DNA of 64,000 nt from a virus (lineage: Duplodnaviria; Caudoviricetes). Made by a program: the position numbers and the translations under genes. The DNA is taken from the IMG/VR virus record IMGVR_UViG_3300021400_000341, positions 2,595 to 66,594 of that record. The stretch is one strand, 5' to 3'. Positions within the stretch are counted from its first letter, which is position 1. Each line of letters starts with the position of its first letter. This document shows, in pieces, positions 50,836 through 60,825 of this stretch. Below the pieces are notes generated by a model. The model ran no database searches. It was not told where the DNA came from and saw nothing but the letters and a program-made list of their open reading frames with translations.

Positions 50836-51519
50836 TTAAAAAATAATATCATTGAAGTAAGGTAATTCTTTAATTGTTTCACAAAACTTTACCCATTCAT
50901 CTAATTTATGTCCATGTCTATTTACATACATATTAGATAAAACTTCATAATTTAAATCTATAGTTCTTTTTTGATTAAATGATGAAGGTAATAATTGTAT
51001 AATTTGCCACCATATTAATTTTTGTAAATCAATAGCATCTTTTCTATTAGTTTCATTTTCAAAATCATCTTTTTTAATTTTTTCAGTTATATTTAAATAT
51101 CTTTCTCTTAATCCATTTAAGAATATAATAAGATTTTTAAGCATTACTACAGATGAGTCATATAATTTATCATGTGAGAACATATCTAATGTAAATTCAT
51201 ATGCAGTTATTTTATGCATAGTAGAACAACTATTAGCTACAGTTCCAACTTTATAAGTATCAAATTCTTTCCACCAATATAAAGGTGCCGTTATATCCAT
51301 TGATACATGTATCATTCTCTTAAATTTAGAATGAACGGGTCCTGCTTTATGTAATGTAGTAGCAAGTTTTAAATCATTATCTCCTAATATATAAACATCA
51401 TGACAAGAACTTTCAATATATTTAGAATCTATTTTATCCCATGAATCTTTTGGATTTCTCATTCCTCTTATAGCGGCTTCAAATCCATATACATCTATGT
51501 TTTCTATTAATATTGACAT
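50836..51519 (-). CDS. ThyX-like (flavin-dependent thymidylate synthase-related) phage protein
   Basis: GFEAAIRGMRNP, HSKFKRMI...DITAPLYWWKEFDTYKVGT..NSCSTMH, QLLPSSFNQKRT, R..HKL.EW..FC; the canonical RHR motif is absent. Confidence 0.6.
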   Translation of the reverse strand: MSILIENIDVYGFEAAIRGMRNPKDSWDKIDSKYIESSCHDVYILGDNDLKLATTLHKAGPVHSKFKRMIHVSMDITAPLYWWKEFDTYKVGTVANSCSTMHKITAYEFTLDMFSHDKLYDSSVVMLKNLIIFLNGLRERYLNITEKIKKDDFENETNRKDAIDLQKLIWWQIIQLLPSSFNQKRTIDLNYEVLSNMYVNRHGHKLDEWVKFCETIKELPYFNDIIF

Positions 51520-51546
51520 AATATTGTCCTCCTTGTTTAATTTATT

Positions 51547-54500
51547 TTATGAATTATATATTTCTTTTAATTTTCTTTTTAATTCTACTAATACTTTATT
51601 TCCTAATACTGTAAGTGTAATTGAAGGAGTCTGTCTTGCTAATATTGCAGAAGGTCCTATGAAACTGGATATTTCTTCATCAGGTCTAAACTCTGAATAA
51701 GGTTCATAACCTTTAGGAATAACTTCACCAACTACTCCTTTTAATGCTGTGAAATATGCTATCTTACTACCAACACCTAATATATCAGTATGTTCTACAT
51801 AAAATTCTATAAGTACAGAATCTTCAACTTTATTTCCTTTTAATACACCATATACATTAGGTTCAACTTTACCTGTAGTTTCATTTAATAACATTCCACA
51901 TTTAACAAGAGAACTTGTATTCTCTTTATCAAAAGCACTTACATATTTCTTTTTATCTAATATACCTTTATAATACTTCTTTACTATTTTTTGTAATGAA
52001 GGCGATAATTCATCAGCTTCTACAGTAGAATATATTTTTATTCCAACTATAGTTCCATTGTGTTTAGTTTTAATTTCATTTACTGAATTTTCATTTAACA
52101 CATCTTTATTTTCTGCAGATAAGTTATTAAGTAATTTATTAAGATCAGAATCTTCAAATGATGTATCAAATGATATTAAAACATCTCCTATGTCTACATG
52201 GTCTCCAACATTTTTAATAGTATTTATAGTAGCATTCTTTCCTATAACTACAGATTTACAAAATGTTATGGGAGTTTTACAATCATTAGCCATCTTTTCT
52301 GTTATAACAGCAGAATCTTCAAATGTATTATATGATGAAGTTATTGCAACTTTTTCTAATGTACCTAAATTAAATCTAACACCATTTACTTTACTTCCGG
52401 TAAAGAAATCTTTATGCCATGCTAAAGTATCATTCTTTTTAAATGAATCACCATTTTTTAGATTAGTAACTAATTTATTTACAAGGTAGAAACCTCCACC
52501 ACCATTTTTATCTATTCTATCACCTAAATTAATAGCTTTTCTTTTACCACTTTTATATTCAACCATCATTATATTTAATTCAGGATTGATGTCTATTACT
52601 TTACCATCTTCTTCAGCTATTTCTACATAATCACTGGATAGATTATATTTGATTACTTCATCACATCCATTAGTTATTAATCCCGGAGATGAATTAGCTA
52701 CAGGAACAACATGTTTAGATTGCTTAACTGCCATAGCTGTTCTTACGCTATCATCTTTTCTTGCACCTAAAGGATATAATAATTCTGCAGGCGAAAATAA
52801 ATTAACATCTGTTAATTCTTCTTTTTTATTATTTTTAACGTCAACATAACCTCTTTCTGTTGTTATTGTAGGTTCTAAAGTTAATGCTCTAGTAATACCA
52901 CAATTTCCATCAGGGGATGTTGACAAAGCTATTAATCCTACCATAGTATCATGATGAGTTCTTTTAGCTTCTGTATATGCTCTATCTTTATTAACACCAT
53001 TAAATCCTTTAGATGATATAGTTCTATCTTTTTCTAATTCAACCATAGGGTTTAATGTATCATAATTTTCTACAGTTTGTAGGGCTAATAATCTTTTAAT
53101 TACAGCATCTCTTGGTACACTTAGTTTCTTCTTACCACCACTGTTTTTATATTCTAAGTATGCTGCACTTAATTCTTTATATACCATAGCAGGTATAATC
53201 TCAATAGACCTTACTCTTGATAATGTTTGATTATTTTCCCAAGTATATTTCTCATCAGATAGTAATTTATTAGCATAAATACAAAGTTCTACTATTCCAG
53301 TAGGTAAATTAATATCTTCTAATATCTCTTTAGTAATAGGGTCTACCATAAATTCATAATAGTTTTGTAAAGCATTTAATACATTAACTCTACCATATTT
53401 AGTTTTAAAGAAATCTACAAAAGGTTCTATTGTATTAAATTCTTCTAATGTATACTGCTCAGTTTTAATAAACTTTAAGCCGTTCATTAATAATCCTATT
53501 GCTATATCTTCTTTATATATCATATAACCATCTTTAAATCTAATAAAGTTCTCATTAGATTTTAATTCTTTTACTCTTGTATCAAAATAATATTGGAGAT
53601 CAAGTTTCTTTATTACTGAACTTATTCCTTCCCAAAATACTAATAGTACCATTAATGGAATAGTCTGTGACATTATAGTTATAGTAGTATATGATAGTTT
53701 CTTAGTTACTTTAGTAGTATTATATTCTTTTTGTAATTCCTCAGGGAAATTATTTACTATTATATCCATAATACTATAATTAGTAACATTTTGTAATTGA
53801 GTATTTGTATTTATCATTATTGGCTCATTATCTAATACACCTATAAACATCTCATCTTCTACAATTTCTATATTATGTTTATTAGCGTAATCTAACGCCT
53901 TAGTTTGGCTAAACATAATATAGCAGTTATCAGATTTATACTCACTATACAATTTACCTAATTCATCATATTCAATAGTGCTAATATAACCATCATTATT
54001 TTGTCCGGGAACTGCAGGTTTAAATAATGATAATATTTTAGCTTGAGATTTTTCATCAACACTTTCATTCTTAATAAGTTTTTCCAATCTCTCTACTGTG
54101 CTTATACTCTTACTACCAATTCTCTCTAAGAATAATTTATTATAGTTAGTTACTATCTGTACTTTATTCTCTTCTGTTTTTACTACAGGATAATAAAAGT
54201 TCTGTCTATTTATAATCTTCTTATTACCACCTATATACAAAAACTTATTATCTAAGAATTTAGGTATATCTATATTTATAGTATGTTTTTGTTTCTTTTC
54301 ATCTTCTAATACAACTCTATATGTTTCTAAATAATTCAATTCATCTGAATGGTCTTTTATCTCTATATCTCTGATAAATAATTTCATTTCTTTATCATTT
54401 AATGAGGTAAAAGCATTTTTCATATCTGCAGGTAAAACATTTTCTATATAATCCTTATTAATATTATTAAACTTAATTTTTTTCATATGAGGATTTATAC

Positions 54501-55761
54501 TCTTAATATTTTTACTTATATCTTTTTCAGGAACTAATCTCTTAGAAGCATTGATTTTATCTATATCAGAAAATGATAAATTATTTAATTTCAAAGATGC
54601 TTGTCTTGCTCTTAACTGTTTATCTCTTGCTGAAGATAAAGGAGTAGTAGGAACTTTCTGTTGTTGCATAAATTTATACATACCATCAATAAGCATCTTA
54701 TCATTTTCAATATCTATTTCAGCATTAGTTTTAACTAAGTCTTTACCTGATTCACTATTAACAACATCAGTGTTTACTATATTTTTTACATCACTAATCT
54801 GTTTATCTACTGAATCACTTATTTTGTCTTCAATTACTTTATTTATAATTTCATTTTTTCTATCTTCTTCAGGTTTTTTAATTTCTTCAGTAGGTTTAGG
54901 AATATGAGTTACATCAGAAACATCTTTCTTAGGACCTGTCATTTGATATTTTTCAACTAAGTTTTCTTTTATATCATCTTTTTGTATTTCAGTATCAACC
55001 AATTCTTCTTTTATTTCTCTAAAACTTAATTTATTGAATATCTTATTCATTTCAGTTTTTAATAAAGTAAAAGTCTTACTATCTGCTTTTGAAGGATTTA
55101 TTTTAAGAATATTATTCTTATAATAAATGACTATATCTATATCTAAATCAGATATGAGATTAAAGTATTTATACATTGTATAATAAATGATGAATAACGG
55201 ATTATCAATAGAATCTCTAATATTATAAGTATTAAATTTACTATATTGCTCAGCATTTATCACAACCACCTTAGTAGGATAATTTACAGTATTCTGTGAA
55301 AACCATATACTCCTAAAGAAATTCCAAAAAATATTCAGTCTTCTAACAGCTGAAAGTTTTTTAGTCATATATGTATAAATTTCAAAATACTTACTCATTT
55401 CAAAATAAGTATTTTTATTTGCAGTAGCTCCTAATAAAGTAAGTGGATGAGGCTTAACTCCTGCTATATTCATTGCATTTAAATTAGCATAAATATTTTT
55501 TCTTTCTTTAGTATCCTTTATGTAATATCTTCTATTATTTAATCTACCTGAATATAATAGATTATAATAATACATATATTGTACCGAAGCAGGTCTAATA
55601 CAATTATCTTTATTATTAATTATCTCAAAAGTATCAGCTACAGATTTACATAAAGGAAATATTAAAACACCTGTACCATTTCTACTACCTATATCTTTAA
55701 CAGGTACAAATATTTTTTTTATTTGTGTTTTAAAGTAAGGAATACTATCTATATATAACAT
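51547..55761 (-). CDS. RNA polymerase beta subunit (probably virion RNAP), lacking the C-terminal piece, with a long N-terminal extension
   Basis: YIGGNKK, STSPDGNCGITRAL, RTAMAVKQSKHVVP, YNTFEDSAVITE, GSKI...KGVVG...ARQTPS; late motif at 55794-55805. Confidence 0.85.
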   Translation of the reverse strand: MLYIDSIPYFKTQIKKIFVPVKDIGSRNGTGVLIFPLCKSVADTFEIINNKDNCIRPASVQYMYYYNLLYSGRLNNRRYYIKDTKERKNIYANLNAMNIAGVKPHPLTLLGATANKNTYFEMSKYFEIYTYMTKKLSAVRRLNIFWNFFRSIWFSQNTVNYPTKVVVINAEQYSKFNTYNIRDSIDNPLFIIYYTMYKYFNLISDLDIDIVIYYKNNILKINPSKADSKTFTLLKTEMNKIFNKLSFREIKEELVDTEIQKDDIKENLVEKYQMTGPKKDVSDVTHIPKPTEEIKKPEEDRKNEIINKVIEDKISDSVDKQISDVKNIVNTDVVNSESGKDLVKTNAEIDIENDKMLIDGMYKFMQQQKVPTTPLSSARDKQLRARQASLKLNNLSFSDIDKINASKRLVPEKDISKNIKSINPHMKKIKFNNINKDYIENVLPADMKNAFTSLNDKEMKLFIRDIEIKDHSDELNYLETYRVVLEDEKKQKHTINIDIPKFLDNKFLYIGGNKKIINRQNFYYPVVKTEENKVQIVTNYNKLFLERIGSKSISTVERLEKLIKNESVDEKSQAKILSLFKPAVPGQNNDGYISTIEYDELGKLYSEYKSDNCYIMFSQTKALDYANKHNIEIVEDEMFIGVLDNEPIMINTNTQLQNVTNYSIMDIIVNNFPEELQKEYNTTKVTKKLSYTTITIMSQTIPLMVLLVFWEGISSVIKKLDLQYYFDTRVKELKSNENFIRFKDGYMIYKEDIAIGLLMNGLKFIKTEQYTLEEFNTIEPFVDFFKTKYGRVNVLNALQNYYEFMVDPITKEILEDINLPTGIVELCIYANKLLSDEKYTWENNQTLSRVRSIEIIPAMVYKELSAAYLEYKNSGGKKKLSVPRDAVIKRLLALQTVENYDTLNPMVELEKDRTISSKGFNGVNKDRAYTEAKRTHHDTMVGLIALSTSPDGNCGITRALTLEPTITTERGYVDVKNNKKEELTDVNLFSPAELLYPLGARKDDSVRTAMAVKQSKHVVPVANSSPGLITNGCDEVIKYNLSSDYVEIAEEDGKVIDINPELNIMMVEYKSGKRKAINLGDRIDKNGGGGFYLVNKLVTNLKNGDSFKKNDTLAWHKDFFTGSKVNGVRFNLGTLEKVAITSSYNTFEDSAVITEKMANDCKTPITFCKSVVIGKNATINTIKNVGDHVDIGDVLISFDTSFEDSDLNKLLNNLSAENKDVLNENSVNEIKTKHNGTIVGIKIYSTVEADELSPSLQKIVKKYYKGILDKKKYVSAFDKENTSSLVKCGMLLNETTGKVEPNVYGVLKGNKVEDSVLIEFYVEHTDILGVGSKIAYFTALKGVVGEVIPKGYEPYSEFRPDEEISSFIGPSAILARQTPSITLTVLGNKVLVELKRKLKEIYNS

Positions 55762-55833
55762 AAAAAAATAACCATCCTTTCCTTGTATTTGATTATCTAA
55801 ATGTTTTCAGACTTAATAAATATCTAATGTAAA

Positions 55834-55862
55834 AAAGAAGTTGGGAATATCCCAACTTCTCT
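55834..55862. terminator. Terminator after the beta' C-half gene
   Basis: AAGAAGTTGGGAATATCCCAACTTCTT. Confidence 0.8.
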
Positions 55863-55865
55863 TAA

Positions 55866-57977
55866 TTATTTAGATTCTTTCTTTAATTTATCATTTCTAA
55901 GTTTATCATGTATCTTATGAATAACATCAACATCTATATCTTCTTTAAAGTAATTATCTATATAAGATGTAGAAGTTTTCACAGTAACAGTTTCATCTGA
56001 TAATAACTGTTTTTCAATATAACTAAATGATTGACCTATAAAGAAAGATTTATTATGCTCTAATGCATGGTTCATTGTTATTAACTTATAAGCAGGTTCT
56101 TCTTTATGTGAAAAATCAGGTCTAATAAATTTCTTATCAGGATCCCTTCTCATAAGTCTATTAATTATAACTTCACATGCAATACTCATAACATTTATTC
56201 CTGACTTAATTAACAAGTCTACAAATATTTGTACCATATCATGATATGTAATTCCTGTACTTATTACTTTATTAGTATTAAGCAATTTCATAATATCATA
56301 TAAAGGTTTAGTTAATTCATTATTTGTAAATATCAAGGTAAAGATTTCAGAATCAGAATCTATATCTTTTAAATATATATAATCATTCTTTCTTAATCCA
56401 ATAACTTCTTCAGTAAGATAAATATCCAAATCATCCATAGAAGCTATCTCTAATTCTTCACCTGTAATTATATTATGAATTATAAATTTAGTATCTATAT
56501 ATGAATTAAATGATGACATATCATCCAATTCATCATTTTTAATAATCTCATTATCAGGTAAATATATAGCCCAATCTTTAAGATTATATTCTGAATTTTC
56601 ATTCAAATAAATACTATCAGCAACCATATCAAAGAATTTATAAAAGTTATCATTAAACTTTATCATATTAGTTATAGTTGTTAATAAGTGTTTAGTTGAT
56701 AAAATCATTTGTTGTAACGGATGTCCAATCTCACCTGCTTCATATTCACAAACACCACTTGATATATCAGTATTTAATATAGCAGTCTTACCAAAACATA
56801 CATCACAAATTTCATCATTACTACAACAACATGTTACAGGAGACCTAAAATATAAAGTCTTTCCTATTAAACTATTATCCTTTTTAGCATCTAATGTTAA
56901 TAAAGGTGTATCAGGATTACCATCTAAATTATAATATCTGTTATTGAACTTACTAAGAACATTTTTATCAGTTATATCTATTTTCAATAAATGTCTTGTT
57001 CTACAATCATGCACTTCATTAGATAAACCAACTGTTCTTGTTATTAACCATATAATTTTAGCAAAGTATCCTGCTTTACCCATTACATCTTTATTTTGTA
57101 TTAAAGACTTTCTTGCAGCAGATGCATCTATATAATGATATGAAGGTTTATTTGCACCACCTGTTATATTACTATTATTTAAAGCAAGTGGTATTGTATC
57201 ACCGGTTATTGTAGGTTTTAAACCTTGAGATACAAAGAATTCTATAAGCTGTTTCTCTTTAATACAATTACCGGATTTTAATAACAGAGATAATCCATTA
57301 TCCATACTTTTTATTATACTAATAACTTCTTTTTGAATTTTACTTAATTCAAATTCTATCTCTGCAGGTTGTACATTTTCAGGAAATTCTGTAGCCATTA
57401 ATTCAGCTAATCTATCAGAACTTCTATACATATTTATTACATCTCTAATACTAAACTGAATATTTAATAATAAAGCAAACTTATTTAATTTAGATTGTAA
57501 ATCATAATAAATATCAGCTATAGTTCTATTTATAGTATCAGATTTGATATTGTAATACTGAAGCAATCTCAATATCTTATCATTTAAGAAATTATTTATT
57601 TTAGCAGCTTCTTCAGGAGTTTCACCATTAAAGATAAAAGTATCATTCATCACTTTATCTATAGTAGCTAATTCTGTAAAAGCGTACCATATAAATACAT
57701 TATACATGAAATTAGTAAATCTAAGTTTATGTACTTTAGTATCAGTTTTATAAAACTTAAAACTGATTTTATAATCTCTACAAGATTTATGCTCTATACA
57801 TCCTGATAAATATGAAAACAATTTTTCTTTAAAATCTATATATACATATTTATCATGTATATAATCATCTATTATATATAGAGGTTTTATATGTTTCTTT
57901 AATTCAGTAGTATTCTTAATAACTACTGTTTTATAAGTTGTATTAAAGTCTATCTTCTTCATTTTTATCACCATCAA
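55866..57977 (-). CDS. RNA polymerase beta' C-half (probably non-virion RNAP)
   Basis: GLKP...AARKSLIQNK..MGKAGYFAK (bridge helix); CRT...RSPVTC...ICDVCFG (Zn site); early-type motif upstream of the operon. Confidence 0.85.
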   Translation of the reverse strand: MMVIKMKKIDFNTTYKTVVIKNTTELKKHIKPLYIIDDYIHDKYVYIDFKEKLFSYLSGCIEHKSCRDYKISFKFYKTDTKVHKLRFTNFMYNVFIWYAFTELATIDKVMNDTFIFNGETPEEAAKINNFLNDKILRLLQYYNIKSDTINRTIADIYYDLQSKLNKFALLLNIQFSIRDVINMYRSSDRLAELMATEFPENVQPAEIEFELSKIQKEVISIIKSMDNGLSLLLKSGNCIKEKQLIEFFVSQGLKPTITGDTIPLALNNSNITGGANKPSYHYIDASAARKSLIQNKDVMGKAGYFAKIIWLITRTVGLSNEVHDCRTRHLLKIDITDKNVLSKFNNRYYNLDGNPDTPLLTLDAKKDNSLIGKTLYFRSPVTCCCSNDEICDVCFGKTAILNTDISSGVCEYEAGEIGHPLQQMILSTKHLLTTITNMIKFNDNFYKFFDMVADSIYLNENSEYNLKDWAIYLPDNEIIKNDELDDMSSFNSYIDTKFIIHNIITGEELEIASMDDLDIYLTEEVIGLRKNDYIYLKDIDSDSEIFTLIFTNNELTKPLYDIMKLLNTNKVISTGITYHDMVQIFVDLLIKSGINVMSIACEVIINRLMRRDPDKKFIRPDFSHKEEPAYKLITMNHALEHNKSFFIGQSFSYIEKQLLSDETVTVKTSTSYIDNYFKEDIDVDVIHKIHDKLRNDKLKKESK

Positions 57978-58335
57978 ATTCTATATTTTCCATAAACAAC
58001 ATATCTTTATCATACATTTTTGCTGCCATGAATTCAATTTTACAACCTCGTGTATCTTGCCAGTTATGACTAAATACAATGATATCAGCAGTAGCTAATA
58101 TTTGTATTGCCCTACCTAATAGCCATAAACTTTTTGAAGATTCATCTTCTATCCCATCTAATTGATTTACTTCTTCAAAGATTGGGTCTTCTTGTGTAAA
58201 AAATGATGATATAAATTCTATATTATCATATTCATCTTTATATTTTTCAATAAAGACTTCTTTTATATGTTCCCTTTCTTCAAGAATTTGACTGTCAGTT
58301 AATCCTGACATTGGTTGACTTATAAAAACTTTCAT
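57943..58335 (-). CDS. DUF4406 / nucleoside deoxyribosyltransferase-like protein
   Basis: MKVFISQPMSG...LATADIIVF...W..TRGCKIE...A pattern. Confidence 0.65.
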   Translation of the reverse strand: MKVFISQPMSGLTDSQILEEREHIKEVFIEKYKDEYDNIEFISSFFTQEDPIFEEVNQLDGIEDESSKSLWLLGRAIQILATADIIVFSHNWQDTRGCKIEFMAAKMYDKDMLFMENIEFDGDKNEEDRL

Positions 58336-58448
58336 TTGTTATTGTACCTCCTTAATTTTAATTAACTTATAGTTTTTATAAATATATTTTATAATACCTA
58401 AAGATAATATATAAATTATCTGAACTTTTATATAAAATATATAGAAAG

Positions 58449-59045
58449 GTGGGAATTTATATGATCGACCCAACTAATTTATACTTATTGGTAGATAATG
58501 AATTAGTTACACACTCGCATGATCAAGTTAATAGTTCCTCATCTTCTGTTGAAACTGTTTCAGAATTTACCCAGTTAAGTAATACCTACGGATTTATGAC
58601 AGTATTTAGTGTAGTGGTATTATTACTTATTACCGGGTTTATGATAATGACACAAAGAACTGCCGCAAAGAGACAGAAGAGTGAGATAACATTATTAGAA
58701 AAAGAACGAACTAATAATATGGAACAAAATAACAAAATGTACGACATAGTTATTAATGTTCAATCAGAACAAGTTTCACAATTAAGAGAGATGACAAACA
58801 CATTAAAGGTTATAAATGATAAAAGTGTTGAAACGCGTGATAAAATAACAGATATGGATATAACAATGCACCATATGGATTCATCATTAGAAAATATTTC
58901 TACTAAAGACGACACTATATTGAAAACCTTAGCTGAGATATTAGCATATGTCAAATCAAATGATCATTGCAATAAGGATATCTTAGCTAAGGTTAAAAAG
59001 ATTGATGAATTTTTACAACAAGAATATAAAATAAATAATCAATAA
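58449..59045 (+). CDS. Single-TM coiled-coil protein, possible holin-like
   Basis: TM FMTVFSVVVLLLITGFMIM followed by a coiled coil; likely start ATG 58461. Confidence 0.45.
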   Translation: MGIYMIDPTNLYLLVDNELVTHSHDQVNSSSSSVETVSEFTQLSNTYGFMTVFSVVVLLLITGFMIMTQRTAAKRQKSEITLLEKERTNNMEQNNKMYDIVINVQSEQVSQLREMTNTLKVINDKSVETRDKITDMDITMHHMDSSLENISTKDDTILKTLAEILAYVKSNDHCNKDILAKVKKIDEFLQQEYKINNQ

Positions 59046-59179
59046 ATTAAGTCTATGTTTTTTCATACCTCCTTAAAAGTCCACATACAAGAATTACTGC
59101 CACTTGTATGTGGACGCCTTCTGTTACTCAAATATATTAATATAATAAAAAAATAAGGGAGCTAGTGCTCCCCCATTTT

Positions 59180-59608
59180 TTAATTTAGATTACTATAGAC
59201 CTCCTCGCCCCTTTTGATAACAGTCTTTAACGCGTCCTCGAAATTCCCAAAATGGGAATAACGATATCCTCGTTGTGTTAACTTGCAATGTAAGTTTACA
59301 ATACGGTCACCGCTAACGATAACCATATAATTGATCACATCACCCTCTACGTGTCCCTCTAATAATGAGAGAGGGACATAGTCGATTAGTCCACAGTATT
59401 CTGCATAACTGCCATCCGGCAGCTGGAAACCATGGCTTCCGAAGTCACTAGACTTATCATTGGTTAACCAACAATGAACATACATACTGTTATCTGTAAC
59501 TCCATTGAGTCTATCTTTTAGGTCCAATGAAGCGAGCTCACTGCGATAATCCGACTTTTTTGTAGCCGGATTAGGTACTATAAACATATTGCAATTTACA
59601 TTCATCAT
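59180..59608 (-). CDS. Hypothetical accessory protein
   Basis: Follows RNA leader copy B and an early-type motif; visibly more GC-rich than its neighbours. Confidence 0.75.
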   Translation of the reverse strand: MMNVNCNMFIVPNPATKKSDYRSELASLDLKDRLNGVTDNSMYVHCWLTNDKSSDFGSHGFQLPDGSYAEYCGLIDYVPLSLLEGHVEGDVINYMVIVSGDRIVNLHCKLTQRGYRYSHFGNFEDALKTVIKRGEEVYSNLN

Positions 59609-59613
59609 AGTTT

Positions 59614-59672
59614 CTCCTTTTACAGGCTCAACCTCTTAGGGTTGCCTGAGGGGACTCTTGATATTATCTCCA
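59614..59672 (-). ncRNA. Conserved structured 5' leader, copy B
   Basis: GGAGAUAAUAUCAAGAGUCCCCUCAGGCAACC-CUAAGA-GGUUGAGCCUGUAAAAGGAG. Confidence 0.75.
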
Positions 59673-59797
59673 TCCCATAATTAATTATTTTTATTATACT
59701 TTTATTATGTATAATCAAAAAAAAAACAAAATACGCTATATTTTTGATAGTAGAAAACATTACTATAACCTATATACTAATGAAAGGAGACTATGTT

Positions 59798-60430
59798 ATG
59801 AATTATTATGATAATATTAAATTAGAGATTTACGAAGCATACGATAATGGTGAAATAAGTTATGATGAAAAAGAATATTTATTGGAAGAAGTAAATGAAG
59901 TAATATATGAAGATAGTAAAGATGTATTTAAAGCTGCTGGTATTGGTGCAGCAATAGGAGGAGCAATAGGTGCATTTAAAGGTTATAAATCATCCAAAAA
60001 ACCTAAAGATGTAACTATGAAAGATGTATGTATTGAAGATTTTAATAATACTTCAGAAGGTAAAAAACTTTTAACTGTGATAAATACAATGTATGATGAA
60101 ATTTTAGCAACAAAGCTTAAATTGGATAGATATTGTAATTCAGGTAGAACTTATTCAGATAAATCTTATGGTGATATATTAAAACTCAATATTAAAGAAC
60201 TGAATGATAAAATGCAAGAAACAACAGATAAATATAATGAAAAATTAAAAGAATATTTAGATGAGCATTTAGAAGAATGTAAGGATGACCCCGAACATTT
60301 AGATAGATTAAAAGAACTTAAAAAGAAAGTAAAATCTGAGATGTGGAAAAATATTGGAAAGTCTACTTCAAAATCCATGGATGGAGGATTTAGAGTTGGT
60401 CTTGGTTATGGTGTTATAAAAAATCTTTAA
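59798..60430 (+). CDS. Leader-bearing cargo protein (putative internal head protein)
   Basis: MNYYDNIKLEIYEAYDNGEISYDEKEYLLEEVNEVIYED; start at ATG 59798 after GAAAGGAG; late motif at 59756-59767. Confidence 0.7.
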   Translation: MNYYDNIKLEIYEAYDNGEISYDEKEYLLEEVNEVIYEDSKDVFKAAGIGAAIGGAIGAFKGYKSSKKPKDVTMKDVCIEDFNNTSEGKKLLTVINTMYDEILATKLKLDRYCNSGRTYSDKSYGDILKLNIKELNDKMQETTDKYNEKLKEYLDEHLEECKDDPEHLDRLKELKKKVKSEMWKNIGKSTSKSMDGGFRVGLGYGVIKNL

Positions 60431-60458
60431 ATGATTATGATTACACAATTTGGGTATA

Positions 60459-60490
60459 AATAAGAATGAGGTTAAACCTCATTCTTATTT
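60459..60490. terminator. Bidirectional terminator
   Basis: AATAAGAATGAGGTTAAACCTCATTCTTATT. Confidence 0.8.
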
Positions 60491-60506
60491 AATTATAAGT
60501 ATTTTT

Positions 60507-60644
60507 TTAATTCATATTACTCAATTTCTTTTTAGCCATTTCTATAGCTTCTTTTTTACTAAATCCAGCATTTATGAATTTTTTAACTAATTTATTAAGT
60601 TTCAAATATTTATTAGGTTTCTTATTAGCAAGTTTATCTGGCAT
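60507..60644 (-). CDS. Small basic protein (45 aa), not in the ORF track
   Basis: MPDKLANKKPNKYLKLNKLVKKFINAGFSKKEAIEMAKKKLSNMN; ends just before a terminator hairpin. Confidence 0.4.
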   Translation of the reverse strand: MPDKLANKKPNKYLKLNKLVKKFINAGFSKKEAIEMAKKKLSNMN

Positions 60645-60825
60645 TGATGTTTTTCTAGCTTAGCTCTATCTCTCTATCCCTTATATAATCCATTTTTAGA
60701 CCATTATCAAATGAATAATAAGTATTTACATTATTATTAAGACTAAAGAAAAAATAAATTCATTATAAAAATATAGGCTGATATTAATATCAGCCTATAT
60801 TTTATAGTTATATGTAATAAAATTA

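Noticed and set aside
2044-54907. Numerous antisense ORFs in the track (e.g. 2044-2337, 4501-4968, 11461-11859, 16805-17278, 25704-26270, 37985-38485, 52058-52489, 54551-54907)
   Set aside because: They overlap well-supported genes on the opposite strand, lack SD sites and have the I/S/F/L-rich composition typical of antisense frames in AT-rich DNA.
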